Origin: a virus
Lineage: Duplodnaviria > Heunggongvirae > Uroviricota > Caudoviricetes
IMG/VR virus record: IMGVR_UViG_2778261181_000003
Length of the DNA stretch: 25,108 bases
Strand: one strand, 5' to 3'
The position numbers and the translations under genes are program-made. Positions 16,558 through 25,108 of the stretch are shown here, piece by piece (the first letter of the stretch is position 1; each line of letters opens with the position of its first letter). The notes under the pieces were generated by a model that had not been told where the DNA came from, did not search any database, and saw only the letters and a list, made by a program, of their open reading frames with translations.

Positions 16558-17616
16558 ATGAAGAAGAATACCCGCTTTGCTTTTAACGCTTACCTGCAGC
16601 AGCTGGCGCGTCTGAACGGTGTGGCAGTTGAAGAACTGTCCAGCAAGTTCACCGTGGAGCCGTCTGTACAGCAGACGCTGGAAGACCAGATCCAGCAGTC
16701 CGCCGCTTTCCTGACGCTGATTAACGTCACGCCAGTGACTGAGCAGTCCGGTCAGCTGCTGGGCTTGGGTGTTGGTAGCACCATTGCCGGAACCACTGAC
16801 ACCACCGCGAAAGAGCGTGAACCTGTCGATCCTACGCTGATGGTCGATGTGGAATACAAATGCGAGCAGACCAACTTTGACACGGTACTGACCTACGCGA
16901 AGCTGGACCTGTGGGCGAAGTTTCAGGATTTCCAGGTGCGTATCCGTGACGCCATCGTGAAACGTCAGGCACTGGACCGCATCATGATCGGCTTTAACGG
17001 CGTGAAGCGTGCGAAAACCTCCAACCGTAGCGAAAACCCGCTGCTGCAGGATGTGAATAAAGGCTGGCTGCAGAAAATCCGTGAGGATGCACCGGATCAC
17101 GTCATGGGCAGCACCACCACGGGTGGTGAAACCACACCGGGTGCGGTGAAAGTCGGGAAAGGTGGCGAATATGCCAACCTGGACGCCGTAGTGATGGATG
17201 CCGTCAATGAGCTTATCGACGTGGTTTACCAGGACGATGACGATCTGGTGGTGATTTGCGGGCGTGAACTGCTGTCTGACAAGTATTTCCCGCTGGTCAA
17301 CAAAGAGCAGGAAAACAGTGAAAAACTGGCTGCCGATATGATCATCAGTCAGAAACGCATGGGGGGCCTGCAGGCCGTGCGTGCGCCGTTCTTCCCGCCG
17401 AATGCGCTGCTGATCACCCGTCTGGATAACCTGTCCATCTACTGGCAGGAAGATACCCGCCGCCGTTCAGTTATTGACAACCCGAAACGTGACCGGATTG
17501 AAAACTTTGAATCTGTTAACGAAGCCTATGTGGTTGAGGACTACCGCTGCGCCGCACTGGTGGAAAACATCCAGATTGGCGATTTCAGCACCGCTGCAGC
17601 AGAAACCGGAGCGTAA
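16558..17616 (+). CDS. N: Major capsid protein (P2 gpN-like)
   Basis: 352 aa (P2 N about 357); N-terminus ...TRFAFNAYLQQLARLNGV resembles my recollection of P2 N; conserved O-N-M order. Confidence 0.9.
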   Translation: MKKNTRFAFNAYLQQLARLNGVAVEELSSKFTVEPSVQQTLEDQIQQSAAFLTLINVTPVTEQSGQLLGLGVGSTIAGTTDTTAKEREPVDPTLMVDVEYKCEQTNFDTVLTYAKLDLWAKFQDFQVRIRDAIVKRQALDRIMIGFNGVKRAKTSNRSENPLLQDVNKGWLQKIREDAPDHVMGSTTTGGETTPGAVKVGKGGEYANLDAVVMDAVNELIDVVYQDDDDLVVICGRELLSDKYFPLVNKEQENSEKLAADMIISQKRMGGLQAVRAPFFPPNALLITRLDNLSIYWQEDTRRRSVIDNPKRDRIENFESVNEAYVVEDYRCAALVENIQIGDFSTAAAETGA

Positions 17617-17619
17617 TTC

Positions 17620-18270
17620 ATGAGCCTGAGTCCCGCACGGCAGCATCGCCTGCGCGTTCAGGCTGAACAGGCCGCCCGCGAGGGCGGCAGTGTTCGCCAC
17701 GCGTCGGGCTATGACCTGATGCTGCTGCAACTGGCGGAAGACCGCCGCCGTCTCAAGGGCGTTCAGTCCACGGTCAAAAAAGCGGAAATCAAGGTGGAGC
17801 TGCTGCCGAAGTACGCCGCCTGGGCGGAGGGTGTCCTGGCTGCCGGAGGCGCGCAACAGGATGACGTGCTGATGTACGTGATGCTGTGGCGCATTGATGC
17901 CGGAGATTATGCCGGGGCGCTGGAGATCGGGCGTCATGCCCTGCGTCATGGCTGGGTGATGCCGCTGGGTAACCGCAACGTGCAGACCGTGCTGGCAGAG
18001 GAAATGGCAGACGCAGCCCAGAGCGCAATGCTTGCCGCCACCGGCTTTGATGCCGATCTGTTGCTGCAGACGCTGGAGCTGACAGACGGTCTGGATATGC
18101 CGGACCAGTCACGGGCACGTCTGCATAAAGCGATTGGCGCGGTCCTGAGTGAAAGCAATCCGGCGTCCGCCCTTAATCATCTCAACCATGCGTTACAGCT
18201 CGATCCCCGCTGTGGCGTGAAAAAAGACAAACAGCAGCTGGAGCGCAGACTGCGCAATGACAGCCGCTGA
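17620..18270 (+). CDS. M: Terminase small (endonuclease) subunit (P2 gpM-like)
   Basis: 216 aa, directly after N as in P2. Confidence 0.8.
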   Translation: MSLSPARQHRLRVQAEQAAREGGSVRHASGYDLMLLQLAEDRRRLKGVQSTVKKAEIKVELLPKYAAWAEGVLAAGGAQQDDVLMYVMLWRIDAGDYAGALEIGRHALRHGWVMPLGNRNVQTVLAEEMADAAQSAMLAATGFDADLLLQTLELTDGLDMPDQSRARLHKAIGAVLSESNPASALNHLNHALQLDPRCGVKKDKQQLERRLRNDSR

Positions 18271-18365
18271 CAGAACGTGCCCCCGCGCACGGGCGGCACG
18301 GGGTGGCGAAAGGCACTGCCACATCAAAATCCCGTCCACCGCCCTCTATTTCAGGAGAAAGCAGC

Positions 18366-18830
18366 ATGAAGTTTGTTGCGCCAGAACAGGCACCGGAACA
18401 GGCGGAAATCATCAGAAATACGCCGTTCTGGCCTGATGTGGACCTGTCGGAGTTTCGCAGTGTGATGCGCACTGACGGCACGGTGACGCAGCCGCGTTTA
18501 AAGCAGGTTGCGCTGTCGGCAATTTCGGAGGTCAACGCAGAGCTGTATGAGTTTCGCAGGCGCCAGCAGGTGCTGGGGTATGCCTCGCTGGCAGAGGTTC
18601 CGGCGGAACAGCTGGACGGCAAAAGTGAGCGCATTCAGCACTATTTCAACGCGGTTTACTGTTGGGCACGCGCCATGCTCAACGAACGATACCAGGACTA
18701 TGACACCACGGCATCCGGTGTGAAGCGGGGCGAGGAACTGGCAGAAGCCAGCGGTGATTTGTGGCGTGACGCCCGCTGGGCCATCAGCCGGGTACAGGAC
18801 GCGCCGCACTGCACAGTGGAGCTTATCTGA
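18366..18830 (+). CDS. L: Head completion/stabilisation protein (P2 gpL-like)
   Basis: ATG at 18366 with AGGAGAAAG RBS (the track ORF starts upstream at a non-ATG codon); 154 aa; stop overlaps the X start. Confidence 0.8.
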   Translation: MKFVAPEQAPEQAEIIRNTPFWPDVDLSEFRSVMRTDGTVTQPRLKQVALSAISEVNAELYEFRRRQQVLGYASLAEVPAEQLDGKSERIQHYFNAVYCWARAMLNERYQDYDTTASGVKRGEELAEASGDLWRDARWAISRVQDAPHCTVELI

Positions 18831-19033
18831 TGAAAGTGCGTGCGCATCAGTATGACACGGTGGACGCGCTTTGCTGGCGTCATTACGGGCGCACGCAGGG
18901 TGTCACGGAGCAGGTACTGAAGGCAAATCCGGGGCTTGCCGAATACGGCCCCTTTTTACCTCACGGGCTGCAGGTGGAGCTGCCGGACATTCCGACTACC
19001 ACCACTGTGCAGACCGTCCAGCTATGGGACTGA
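18830..19033 (+). CDS. X: Tail protein X (P2 gpX-like, 67 aa)
   Basis: 67 aa, identical in length to P2 X and in the conserved position between L and the lysis genes. Confidence 0.8.
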   Translation: MKVRAHQYDTVDALCWRHYGRTQGVTEQVLKANPGLAEYGPFLPHGLQVELPDIPTTTTVQTVQLWD

Positions 19034-19036
19034 ATT

Positions 19037-19252
19037 ATGACGCTTGAGCGAATCAGCGCCTTTATCACGTATTGCATCGCCGTCGTGCTGGCCTGGCTGG
19101 GCGATTTGTCCATCAAGGATGCCTCAACGCTGGGCGGCCTGATGATCGGTGTGCTGATGCTGGCTATCAACTGGTACTACAAACACAAAGCCTACCAGCT
19201 TCTGCGCGACGGGCAGATCTCGCGGGAGGACTATGAATCCATCAATCGTTAA
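19037..19252 (+). CDS. Holin (71 aa, two predicted transmembrane helices; pinholin-like)
   Basis: Two hydrophobic segments (ISAFITYCIAVVLAWLG and LGGLMIGVLMLAINWYY) followed by a charged C-terminus; immediately upstream of and overlapping the endolysin gene. Confidence 0.65.
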   Translation: MTLERISAFITYCIAVVLAWLGDLSIKDASTLGGLMIGVLMLAINWYYKHKAYQLLRDGQISREDYESINR

Positions 19253-19745
19253 ACGCTGCCTTGTCGGGGCCGTGCTGGCTATTGCTGCCACGCTGCCGGG
19301 GTTTCAGCAGCTTCACACCTCCGTGGAGGGGCTGAAACTGATCGCCGATTACGAAGGCTGTCGTCTGCAGCCGTATCAGTGCAGCGCGGGTGTCTGGACC
19401 GACGGCATTGGTAATACGTCGGGCGTCATTCCCGGCAAAACTATTACGGAACGACAGGCAGCAGAAGGGCTGATCTCCAACGTACTACGTGTGGAGCGGG
19501 CGCTGGAAAGGTGTGTGAAGCAACAGCCGCCGCAGAAGGTGTATGACGCTACGGTGTCGTTTGCCTTCAACGTGGGGACGGGCAATGCCTGTAGTTCCAC
19601 GCTGGTGAAATTGCTCAATCAGCGGCGCTGGGCGGATGCGTGCCGACAGTTGCCGCGCTGGGTTTATGTCAAAGGTGTGTTTAATCAGGGGCTGGATAAC
19701 CGCCGTGCGCGGGAGATGGCCTGGTGTTTACAGGGAGCAAACTGA
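19233..19745 (+). CDS. Endolysin, T4-lysozyme-like (GH24) with SAR-like N-terminal segment
   Basis: Catalytic-region pattern EGLKLIADYEG ... GVWTDGIGNT typical of lambda R / T4 E type lysozymes; N-terminal weakly hydrophobic Gly/Ala-rich stretch CLVGAVLAIAATLPG. Confidence 0.8.
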   Translation: MNPSIVKRCLVGAVLAIAATLPGFQQLHTSVEGLKLIADYEGCRLQPYQCSAGVWTDGIGNTSGVIPGKTITERQAAEGLISNVLRVERALERCVKQQPPQKVYDATVSFAFNVGTGNACSSTLVKLLNQRRWADACRQLPRWVYVKGVFNQGLDNRRAREMAWCLQGAN

Positions 19746-19746
19746 A

Positions 19747-20124
19747 ATGAAAAAGAAAGTAATTAGCGGGCTGTTTCTGATGTTATGGATGGCGCTGTTA
19801 ATCGCAGCAATGGTGTATCCGCAGGGGATTTTTCCGGTACTGGCAGCGTCCGGCGTTTGGGTAGCCTGTTTGCTGACATGGGCGGTAATTCCGGTAGCAC
19901 TGGCTGCGTTAATTAAGAATGGCCCGCTCTGGCAGGAGTTAAGGGCATCTTTACTGAAGACAATTACCCGAAAAGAAAACGTATTTATCAGTTGGGTGAT
20001 GCGATTGCTGATTGTTGTAAGTCTCGCCTGGACGGGGTGGGCTATTACCCTGGTCTTTTATCTGCTGACCGTTATTGCCTTCTGGATCACCCGTAATCAG
20101 ATGGCGCAACAGGTAGCAGCATGA
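19747..20124 (+). CDS. lysA: LysA-like membrane protein (lysis timing), 125 aa
   Basis: ATG at 19747 with GGGAG RBS; multiple hydrophobic helices; position equals P2 lysA. Track ORF 19636 starts further upstream inside the endolysin gene. Confidence 0.6.
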   Translation: MKKKVISGLFLMLWMALLIAAMVYPQGIFPVLAASGVWVACLLTWAVIPVALAALIKNGPLWQELRASLLKTITRKENVFISWVMRLLIVVSLAWTGWAITLVFYLLTVIAFWITRNQMAQQVAA

Positions 20125-20549
20125 ATCGGTTGCTGCTGGTTGTGCTGGCGTTATTACTGGCTGCGCTGGGCTGGCAGACGTGGCGGCTGGCTGATGCCAG
20201 CCAGACCATCAGCACGCAGGCAGACGAGCTTCGGAGCAAAAGCCAGGCACTGGCAAAGAGCAACAGCCAGCTGATCAGCCTGTCCATTCTGGCTGAAACC
20301 AATAACCGGGAGCAGGCGCGGCTCTATGCCAAAGCAGAACAGACCAGCGCACTGCAGAGACAACGACAACGCCGGATCGAGGAACTGAAACGTGAGAACG
20401 AGGATTTACGCCGCTGGGCTGATACTCCTTTGCCTGCTGACATTATCCGGATGCGGGAACGCCCCACACTCACCGGAGGTGCAGCTTACCGTCAGTGGTT
20501 GTCCGCGAGTGACGCCGTGTCGGCTGGATCAGGCAACGCTGCGCACTAA
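20121..20549 (+). CDS. lysB: LysB, Rz-like inner-membrane spanin
   Basis: N-terminal TM helix then a coiled-coil-like region rich in Q/R/E/L; ATG overlaps the lysA stop (ATGA). Confidence 0.7.
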   Translation: MNRLLLVVLALLLAALGWQTWRLADASQTISTQADELRSKSQALAKSNSQLISLSILAETNNREQARLYAKAEQTSALQRQRQRRIEELKRENEDLRRWADTPLPADIIRMRERPTLTGGAAYRQWLSASDAVSAGSGNAAH

Positions 20550-20682
20550 CGGTGATCTGAACGCGTTGCTGGATGAAACGGAGGCCGCCTGGGCGGTCTG
20601 TGCAGACAAAGTAGACATGATTATTGCGTGTCAGGAGCGAAACAGTGAACAAACCACAATCCCTGCGCCACGCCATCAATAA
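20392..20682 (+). CDS. lysC: LysC, Rz1-like outer-membrane lipoprotein spanin (overlaps lysB in another frame)
   Basis: Lipobox-like LLTLSGC signal sequence; begins inside lysB in the +1 frame and extends past it, as with P2 lysB/lysC. Start is GTG at 20392 as given in the track, so the start is uncertain. Confidence 0.5.
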   Translation: MRTRIYAAGLILLCLLTLSGCGNAPHSPEVQLTVSGCPRVTPCRLDQATLRTNGDLNALLDETEAAWAVCADKVDMIIACQERNSEQTTIPAPRHQ

Positions 20683-21076
20683 AGCGGTGCCTTATGTCCG
20701 CAATAACCCGGACAAACTGCATCTGTTTGTGGAGAACGGTTCGCTGGTTGCTACGGGGGCCAGCTCCATGTCATGGGAGTACCGTTACACCCTGAACGTG
20801 GTGATCGAGGATTTCAGCGGCGACCAGAATCTGCTGATGGCTCCGGTTTTGCTGTGGCTGCGGGATAACCAGCCCGATGCCATCAATAACCCGACGTTAC
20901 GGGAAAAGTTATTCACCTTTGAGGTGGATATTCTGCGCAATGATGTCTGTGATATCAGCCTGAACCTGCAACTGACGGAGCGTGTGCTGGTCAGCACTGA
21001 CGGAAGTGTGTCGAGCGTTGAAGCGATAACGGAACCCGATGAACCTGAAGAAATGTGGACGGTGAAACGTGGCTGA
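20645..21076 (+). CDS. R: Tail completion protein (P2 gpR-like)
   Basis: GTG at 20645 preceded by AGGAG 8 nt upstream (the track ORF starts at TTG 20624); position after the lysis genes as in P2. Confidence 0.7.
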   Translation: MNKPQSLRHAINKAVPYVRNNPDKLHLFVENGSLVATGASSMSWEYRYTLNVVIEDFSGDQNLLMAPVLLWLRDNQPDAINNPTLREKLFTFEVDILRNDVCDISLNLQLTERVLVSTDGSVSSVEAITEPDEPEEMWTVKRG

Positions 21077-21515
21077 ACTGCAGAAAGTGGACGACTGGCT
21101 GAGTGCCTTGCTGGCGAATCTGGAGCCAGCCGCAAGAATTCGCATGATGCGTCAGCTGGCGCAGGAAATGCGCCGGACACAGCAGCAAAATATCAGGATG
21201 CAGCGCAACCCTGACGGCAGCAGCTATGAACCGCGCAGGGTAACAGCACGCAGCAAGAAGGGGCGCATCAAACGTCAGATGTTTGCAAAGCTGCGCACCA
21301 CAAAATACCTGAAAACTGCCGCCAGCGCCGACTCTGCCAGCGTACAGTTTGAAGGCAAGGTGCAGCGTATTGCCCGTGTTCACCATTACGGCCTGCGTGA
21401 TCGCGTCAGTCCCAAAGGACCGGAGGTCCGTTACGCAGAGCGCCGCCTGCTGGGTGTAAATGATGATGTTGAGGCAATGACCCGCGACATGATTCTGCAA
21501 TGGCTGGCGGGGTGA
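21069..21515 (+). CDS. S: Tail completion protein (P2 gpS-like)
   Basis: 148 aa (P2 S about 150), GTG start overlapping the R stop; followed by the V-operon promoter region. Confidence 0.7.
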   Translation: MAELQKVDDWLSALLANLEPAARIRMMRQLAQEMRRTQQQNIRMQRNPDGSSYEPRRVTARSKKGRIKRQMFAKLRTTKYLKTAASADSASVQFEGKVQRIARVHHYGLRDRVSPKGPEVRYAERRLLGVNDDVEAMTRDMILQWLAG

Positions 21516-21519
21516 TCTT

Positions 21520-21537
21520 TGTATCAGCACTGATACA
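21520..21537. promoter_or_regulatory. Candidate late-activator binding site TGT-N12-ACA upstream of V (near-perfect dyad TGTATCAGCACTGATACA)
   Basis: Inverted repeat TGTATCAG / CTGATACA centred about 55 bp upstream of the V start codon, in the 68-bp S-V intergenic gap. Confidence 0.45.
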
Positions 21538-21583
21538 AGTTACAGCACTGCCGCCTTTCTTCCCCTGATGGCAACCTTTCCCT

Positions 21584-22162
21584 ATGAACGCACAATTAAC
21601 CGAAATCATGCGCCTTATCACCAACCTGATCCGCACAGGGGTAGTCACCGAAGTGGACAGGGAAAACTGGCTTTGCCGGGTGAAAACGGGCGAGCTTGAA
21701 ACCAACTGGATCAGTTGGCTGACGCTGCGTGCCGGGAATGCCCGCACATGGTGGCGACCATCAGAAGGTGAGCAGGTGGTGCTGCTGAGTCTGGGAGGAA
21801 ATCTGGAAACCGCCTTTGCGCTGCCCGCTGTCTATTCGAATCAGTTCGCGCCACCGTCGACGTCGGCGGAAGCCTGCGTGACAGAACATCCTGACGGTGG
21901 CTGGTTTGAATACGAACCAGCCACCGGGCGCTGGTATGTCAGGGGCATCAAATCCATGGTCATTGAGGCTGCCGACAACATCACCCTGAAAACCAGTGAG
22001 TTTGTGCTGGAGGCTGACCACACGCGTATTAACAGCGAAGTAGTGATCAATGGTGGCGTTACCCAGGGCGGCGGTGCAATGAGTTCTAACGGAATTGTGG
22101 TTGATGCACATCAGCATACTGGCGTCCTGAAAGGCGGCGACACAACCGGAGGACCGGTATGA
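21584..22162 (+). CDS. V: Baseplate spike/assembly protein (P2 gpV-like)
   Basis: 192 aa, first gene of the V-W-J-I-H operon; stop overlaps the W start. Confidence 0.85.
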   Translation: MNAQLTEIMRLITNLIRTGVVTEVDRENWLCRVKTGELETNWISWLTLRAGNARTWWRPSEGEQVVLLSLGGNLETAFALPAVYSNQFAPPSTSAEACVTEHPDGGWFEYEPATGRWYVRGIKSMVIEAADNITLKTSEFVLEADHTRINSEVVINGGVTQGGGAMSSNGIVVDAHQHTGVLKGGDTTGGPV

Positions 22163-22518
22163 CGCTTTATAGCGGGATGAACAATACCAGCGGCAAAGCC
22201 ATTACTGATATTGACCATCTGCGCCAGTCGGTGCGGGACATTCTGCTGACACCGCAGGGTAGCCGCATTGCCCGTCGGGAATATGGTTCCCTGCTGTCGG
22301 CACTGATAGACCAGCCACAAAATCCGGCATTACGCCTGCAGGTCATGTCGGCAGTGTATGTGGCGCTGAGTCGCTGGGAGCCACGGCTGACGCTGGATTC
22401 CATCACCATCAACAGCAACTTTGACGGTTCTATGGTGGTGGAGTTGACCGGGCGGCGGAATAACGGTGTGCCTGTGTCCCTTTCCGTATCAACAGGAGCA
22501 GAGAATGGCAGTGATTGA
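22159..22518 (+). CDS. W: Baseplate protein (P2 gpW-like, T4 gp25-like)
   Basis: 119 aa (P2 W about 115); conserved V-W-J order. Confidence 0.85.
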   Translation: MTLYSGMNNTSGKAITDIDHLRQSVRDILLTPQGSRIARREYGSLLSALIDQPQNPALRLQVMSAVYVALSRWEPRLTLDSITINSNFDGSMVVELTGRRNNGVPVSLSVSTGAENGSD

Positions 22519-23413
22519 CCTTTCGCAGTTGCCTGCGCCGCAGATTGTGGATGTGCCGGACTTTGAGACGCTGCTTACCGAACGCAAGGCAGAATTTGTG
22601 GCGCTTCATCCGAAAGATGAGCAGGAAGCAGTGATCCGCACGCTGGAACTGGAATCTGAACCCGTCACCAAATTGTTGCAGGAGAATGCTTACCGTGAGT
22701 TGCTTCTGCGCCAGCGCATTAACGAAGCCGCGCAGGCTGTGATGGTGGCTTACGCGATGGGCGGCGATCTTGACCAGCTCGCTGCCAACTACAACGTGAA
22801 ACGCCTGACGGTGACGCCTGCTGATAATGACGCTGTGCCGCCCGTTGCGGCTGTGATGGAAAGCGATGAAGCGTTACGCCTGCGTGTGCCCGCAGCCTTT
22901 GAAGGGCTTTCAGTTGCGGGGCCAACTGCAGCTTATGAATTTCATGCACGAAGCGCCGACGGTCGGGTGGCGGATGCCAGTGCAACCAGCCCGGCACCTG
23001 CAGAGGTGGTGCTGACTGTTCTTAGCCGCGAAGGCGATGGAACTGCAGAAAAAGACCTGCTGGATGTGGTGGAGAACGCCCTGAACAGTGAGAACGTCCG
23101 CCCGGTGGCTGACCGTCTGACGGTTCGCAGCGCAGAAATCATCCCGTATCGCGTGGAAGCCACCATTTTTCTCTATCCGGGGCCGGAAGCAGAGCCGGTA
23201 ATGGCAGCGGCAAAAGCCAGCCTGCAGAGGTACATCGCCAGTCAGACGCGGCTGGGTCGGGATATTCGCCGTAGCGCCATTTTTGCCGCTCTGCATGTTG
23301 AGGGTGTGCAGCGTGTGGAGCTGGCTTCCCCGCTGGCGGATGTGGTTCTGAACAAAACGCAGGCGGCATCATGTACGCAGTGGAGCGTGACCAACGGAGG
23401 AACGGATGAATAG
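22505..23413 (+). CDS. J: Baseplate wedge protein (P2 gpJ-like)
   Basis: ATG at 22505 with CAGGAGCAGAG RBS gives 302 aa, the size of P2 J; track ORF starts upstream at 22466. Confidence 0.85.
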   Translation: MAVIDLSQLPAPQIVDVPDFETLLTERKAEFVALHPKDEQEAVIRTLELESEPVTKLLQENAYRELLLRQRINEAAQAVMVAYAMGGDLDQLAANYNVKRLTVTPADNDAVPPVAAVMESDEALRLRVPAAFEGLSVAGPTAAYEFHARSADGRVADASATSPAPAEVVLTVLSREGDGTAEKDLLDVVENALNSENVRPVADRLTVRSAEIIPYRVEATIFLYPGPEAEPVMAAAKASLQRYIASQTRLGRDIRRSAIFAALHVEGVQRVELASPLADVVLNKTQAASCTQWSVTNGGTDE

Positions 23414-24011
23414 TCTGCTGCCACCGGGTTCAACTTCACTGGAGCGACGACTGGCGCAAACCTGCAGTGGGATTTCTGATCTGCAGGTGCCGCTGCGTGA
23501 CTTGTGGAATCCGGCAACCTGTCCGGTCAGTTTCCTGCCTTATCTCGCCTGGGCGTTCTCTGTGGATCGCTGGGACGAGAGCTGGACAGAAAGCGTCAAG
23601 CGCCAGGTGGTGAAGGATGCTTTTTATATTCATCAGCATAAAGGGACCACCAGTGCCGTGCGGCGGGTGGTGGAGCCGTTCGGCTTTCTGATCCGCATTA
23701 TTGAGTGGTGGCAGACCGGAGAGGCACCGGGCACGTTTCGCCTGGATATTGGCGTGCAGGACCAGGGCATTACTGAAGATACCTATCTGGAACTTGAGCG
23801 ACTGATAAGCGATGCCAAACCATGTAGCCGCCACATGATCGGCATGTCCATCAATCTGCAGACCAGCGGCCCGCATTGGGTGGGAGCCGCCAGCTATCTT
23901 GGCGAAGAAATCACGATCTATCCGTATATCAACGAAACGATTATTTCCGGTGGCACCGCGCATGAAGGCGGGGCGGTCCATGTTATTGACACAATGAGAG
24001 TGAATCCATGA
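23406..24011 (+). CDS. I: Baseplate/tail protein (P2 gpI-like)
   Basis: 201 aa; start overlaps the J stop, stop overlaps the H start (ATGA). Confidence 0.8.
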   Translation: MNSLLPPGSTSLERRLAQTCSGISDLQVPLRDLWNPATCPVSFLPYLAWAFSVDRWDESWTESVKRQVVKDAFYIHQHKGTTSAVRRVVEPFGFLIRIIEWWQTGEAPGTFRLDIGVQDQGITEDTYLELERLISDAKPCSRHMIGMSINLQTSGPHWVGAASYLGEEITIYPYINETIISGGTAHEGGAVHVIDTMRVNP

Positions 24012-25108
24012 GCACAAAATTTTATACCCTGCTGACGGATATTGGCGCGGCGAAACTTGCCAGCGCCGCCGCGCTCGGTGTGCCGCTAAAAATTACCCAT
24101 ATGGCGGTGGGCGATGGCGGCGGAGCATTGCCGACGCCGGACGCAAAGCAGACGGCACTGGTAAATGAGAAACGCCGGGCTGCGCTGAATATGCTCTATA
24201 TCGACCCGCAGAACAGCAGCCAGATTATTGCTGAACAGGTGATCCCTGAAAACGAGGGCGGTTGGTGGATACGTGAAGTGGGCCTGTTTGATGAGTCAGG
24301 GGCATTGATTGCCGTGGGGAACTGCCCGGAAAGCTATAAACCGCAACTGGCTGAAGGCAGCGGGCGTACCCAGACCGTGCGCATGGTGCTGATTACCAGC
24401 AGCACGGACAATATCACCCTGAAAATCGACCCTGCCGTAGTGCTGGCAACCCGCAAGTATGTGGATGACAAGGTACTGGAGCTGAAGGTGTACGTGGATG
24501 ATCAGATGGCAAAACATCTTGCCGCACCGGACCCGCATTCACAGTATGCACAGAAAGAAAGTCCGACGTTTACCGGGACACCAAAAGCGCCAACGCCAGC
24601 GGCAGGGAATAACACCACGCAGGTTGCGACCACCGCGTTTGTTCAGGCGGCACTGACGGCCCTTATTAATGGTGCTCCAGCCACGCTGGACACGCTAAAA
24701 GAAATAGCCGCAGCCATTAACAATGATCCGAATTTCAGTACCACCATTAACAATGCGCTGGCACTGAAAGCGCCGTTGTCGAGTCCGGCACTCACCGGAA
24801 CGCCAACAGCACCTACTGCGGCACAGTCGGTCAACAATACACAGATTGCCACTACGGCTTTTGTGAAATCGGCGATTGCGGCAATGGTAGGTTCTGCACC
24901 TGCGGCACTGGATACACTGAACGAACTGGCGGCGGCGCTGGGGAATGACCCAAACTTTGCCACGACAATGCTTAATGCACTGGCAGGTAAACAACCGCTG
25001 GACAATACGCTGACTAATTTGAGTGGAAAGGATGTAGCTGGTCTTCTCACATACCTTGGTTTGGGAGAAGCGGCAAAACGGGATGTGGGGACAGGGGAAA
25101 ATCAGATA
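24008..25108 (+). CDS. H: Tail fibre protein (P2 gpH-like), 3'-truncated by the window edge
   Basis: Open frame from ATG 24008 to the window end with no stop (367 codons; absent from the ORF track for that reason); glycine-rich N-terminus (MAVGDGGGALP) resembles P2 H; contains tail-fibre repeat units. Confidence 0.8.
   Translation, partial: MSTKFYTLLTDIGAAKLASAAALGVPLKITHMAVGDGGGALPTPDAKQTALVNEKRRAALNMLYIDPQNSSQIIAEQVIPENEGGWWIREVGLFDESGALIAVGNCPESYKPQLAEGSGRTQTVRMVLITSSTDNITLKIDPAVVLATRKYVDDKVLELKVYVDDQMAKHLAAPDPHSQYAQKESPTFTGTPKAPTPAAGNNTTQVATTAFVQAALTALINGAPATLDTLKEIAAAINNDPNFSTTINNALALKAPLSSPALTGTPTAPTAAQSVNNTQIATTAFVKSAIAAMVGSAPAALDTLNELAAALGNDPNFATTMLNALAGKQPLDNTLTNLSGKDVAGLLTYLGLGEAAKRDVGTGENQI
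24560..25000 (+). repeat. Two tandem in-frame repeat units of about 220 bp (about 73 aa each) within the tail-fibre gene
   Basis: Protein-level units TGTPxAPT ... NNTQ(V/I)ATTAFV ... APA(T/A)LDTL(K/N)E(I/L)AAA ... NDPNF(S/A)TT ... NALA occur twice in succession. Confidence 0.6.

Noticed and set aside
16438-17100. 220-aa minus-strand ORF overlapping the end of O and the start of N
   Set aside because: Antisense to two conserved capsid genes; composition typical of a GC-rich shadow frame.
20991-21530. 179-aa minus-strand ORF across the R/S tail genes
   Set aside because: Antisense to the conserved late operon; low-complexity translation.
23436-24017. 193-aa minus-strand ORF antisense to gene I
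   Set aside because: Shadow ORF; the forward-strand gene has conserved operon context and start/stop coupling.
24643-25050. 135-aa minus-strand ORF antisense to the tail-fibre gene
   Set aside because: Its Ala/Ser-rich repetitive translation is the mirror image of the tail-fibre repeats, not an independent gene.
1-25108. CRISPR arrays, tRNA/rRNA genes, insertion sequences or transposase genes
   Set aside because: No regularly spaced direct repeats, no tRNA-like cloverleaf-length conserved segments and no transposase-like ORFs were noticed; the only clear repeats are the in-frame tail-fibre units.

Overview
The window reads as most of a P2/186-family temperate phage (prophage) from an enterobacterial host, running from the 3' end of the integrase gene (stop codon at bases 1-3, so the attachment site lies just outside the window) to the interior of tail-fibre gene H (truncated at the right edge). 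Left to right: a 186-type lysogeny switch (integrase, CI repressor, divergent Apl and CII), small early genes, a TraR/DksA-type zinc-finger gene, a Dam-type adenine methyltransferase and the rolling-circle replication protein A. After A comes a LexA-box promoter driving a small ORF plus a DinI-like gene (186 tum-like SOS module). Next is an AT-rich cargo island holding a translationally coupled SIR2-HerA pair on the minus strand, a probable cos site, and a standalone PIN-like nuclease-domain gene of unassigned family between cos and the portal gene. The rest is the P2-type late region in conserved order: Q and P leftward, then O N M L X, a lysis cassette (holin, endolysin with a SAR-like N-terminus, LysA, LysB/LysC spanins), R S, and V W J I H. 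The most interesting part is the island at about 8.1-12.8 kb: SIR2-HerA is a recognised anti-phage family, and the adjacent PIN-like gene is the best candidate for something undescribed. All assignments rest on reading the translated ORFs and sequence motifs by eye; no database search was run.
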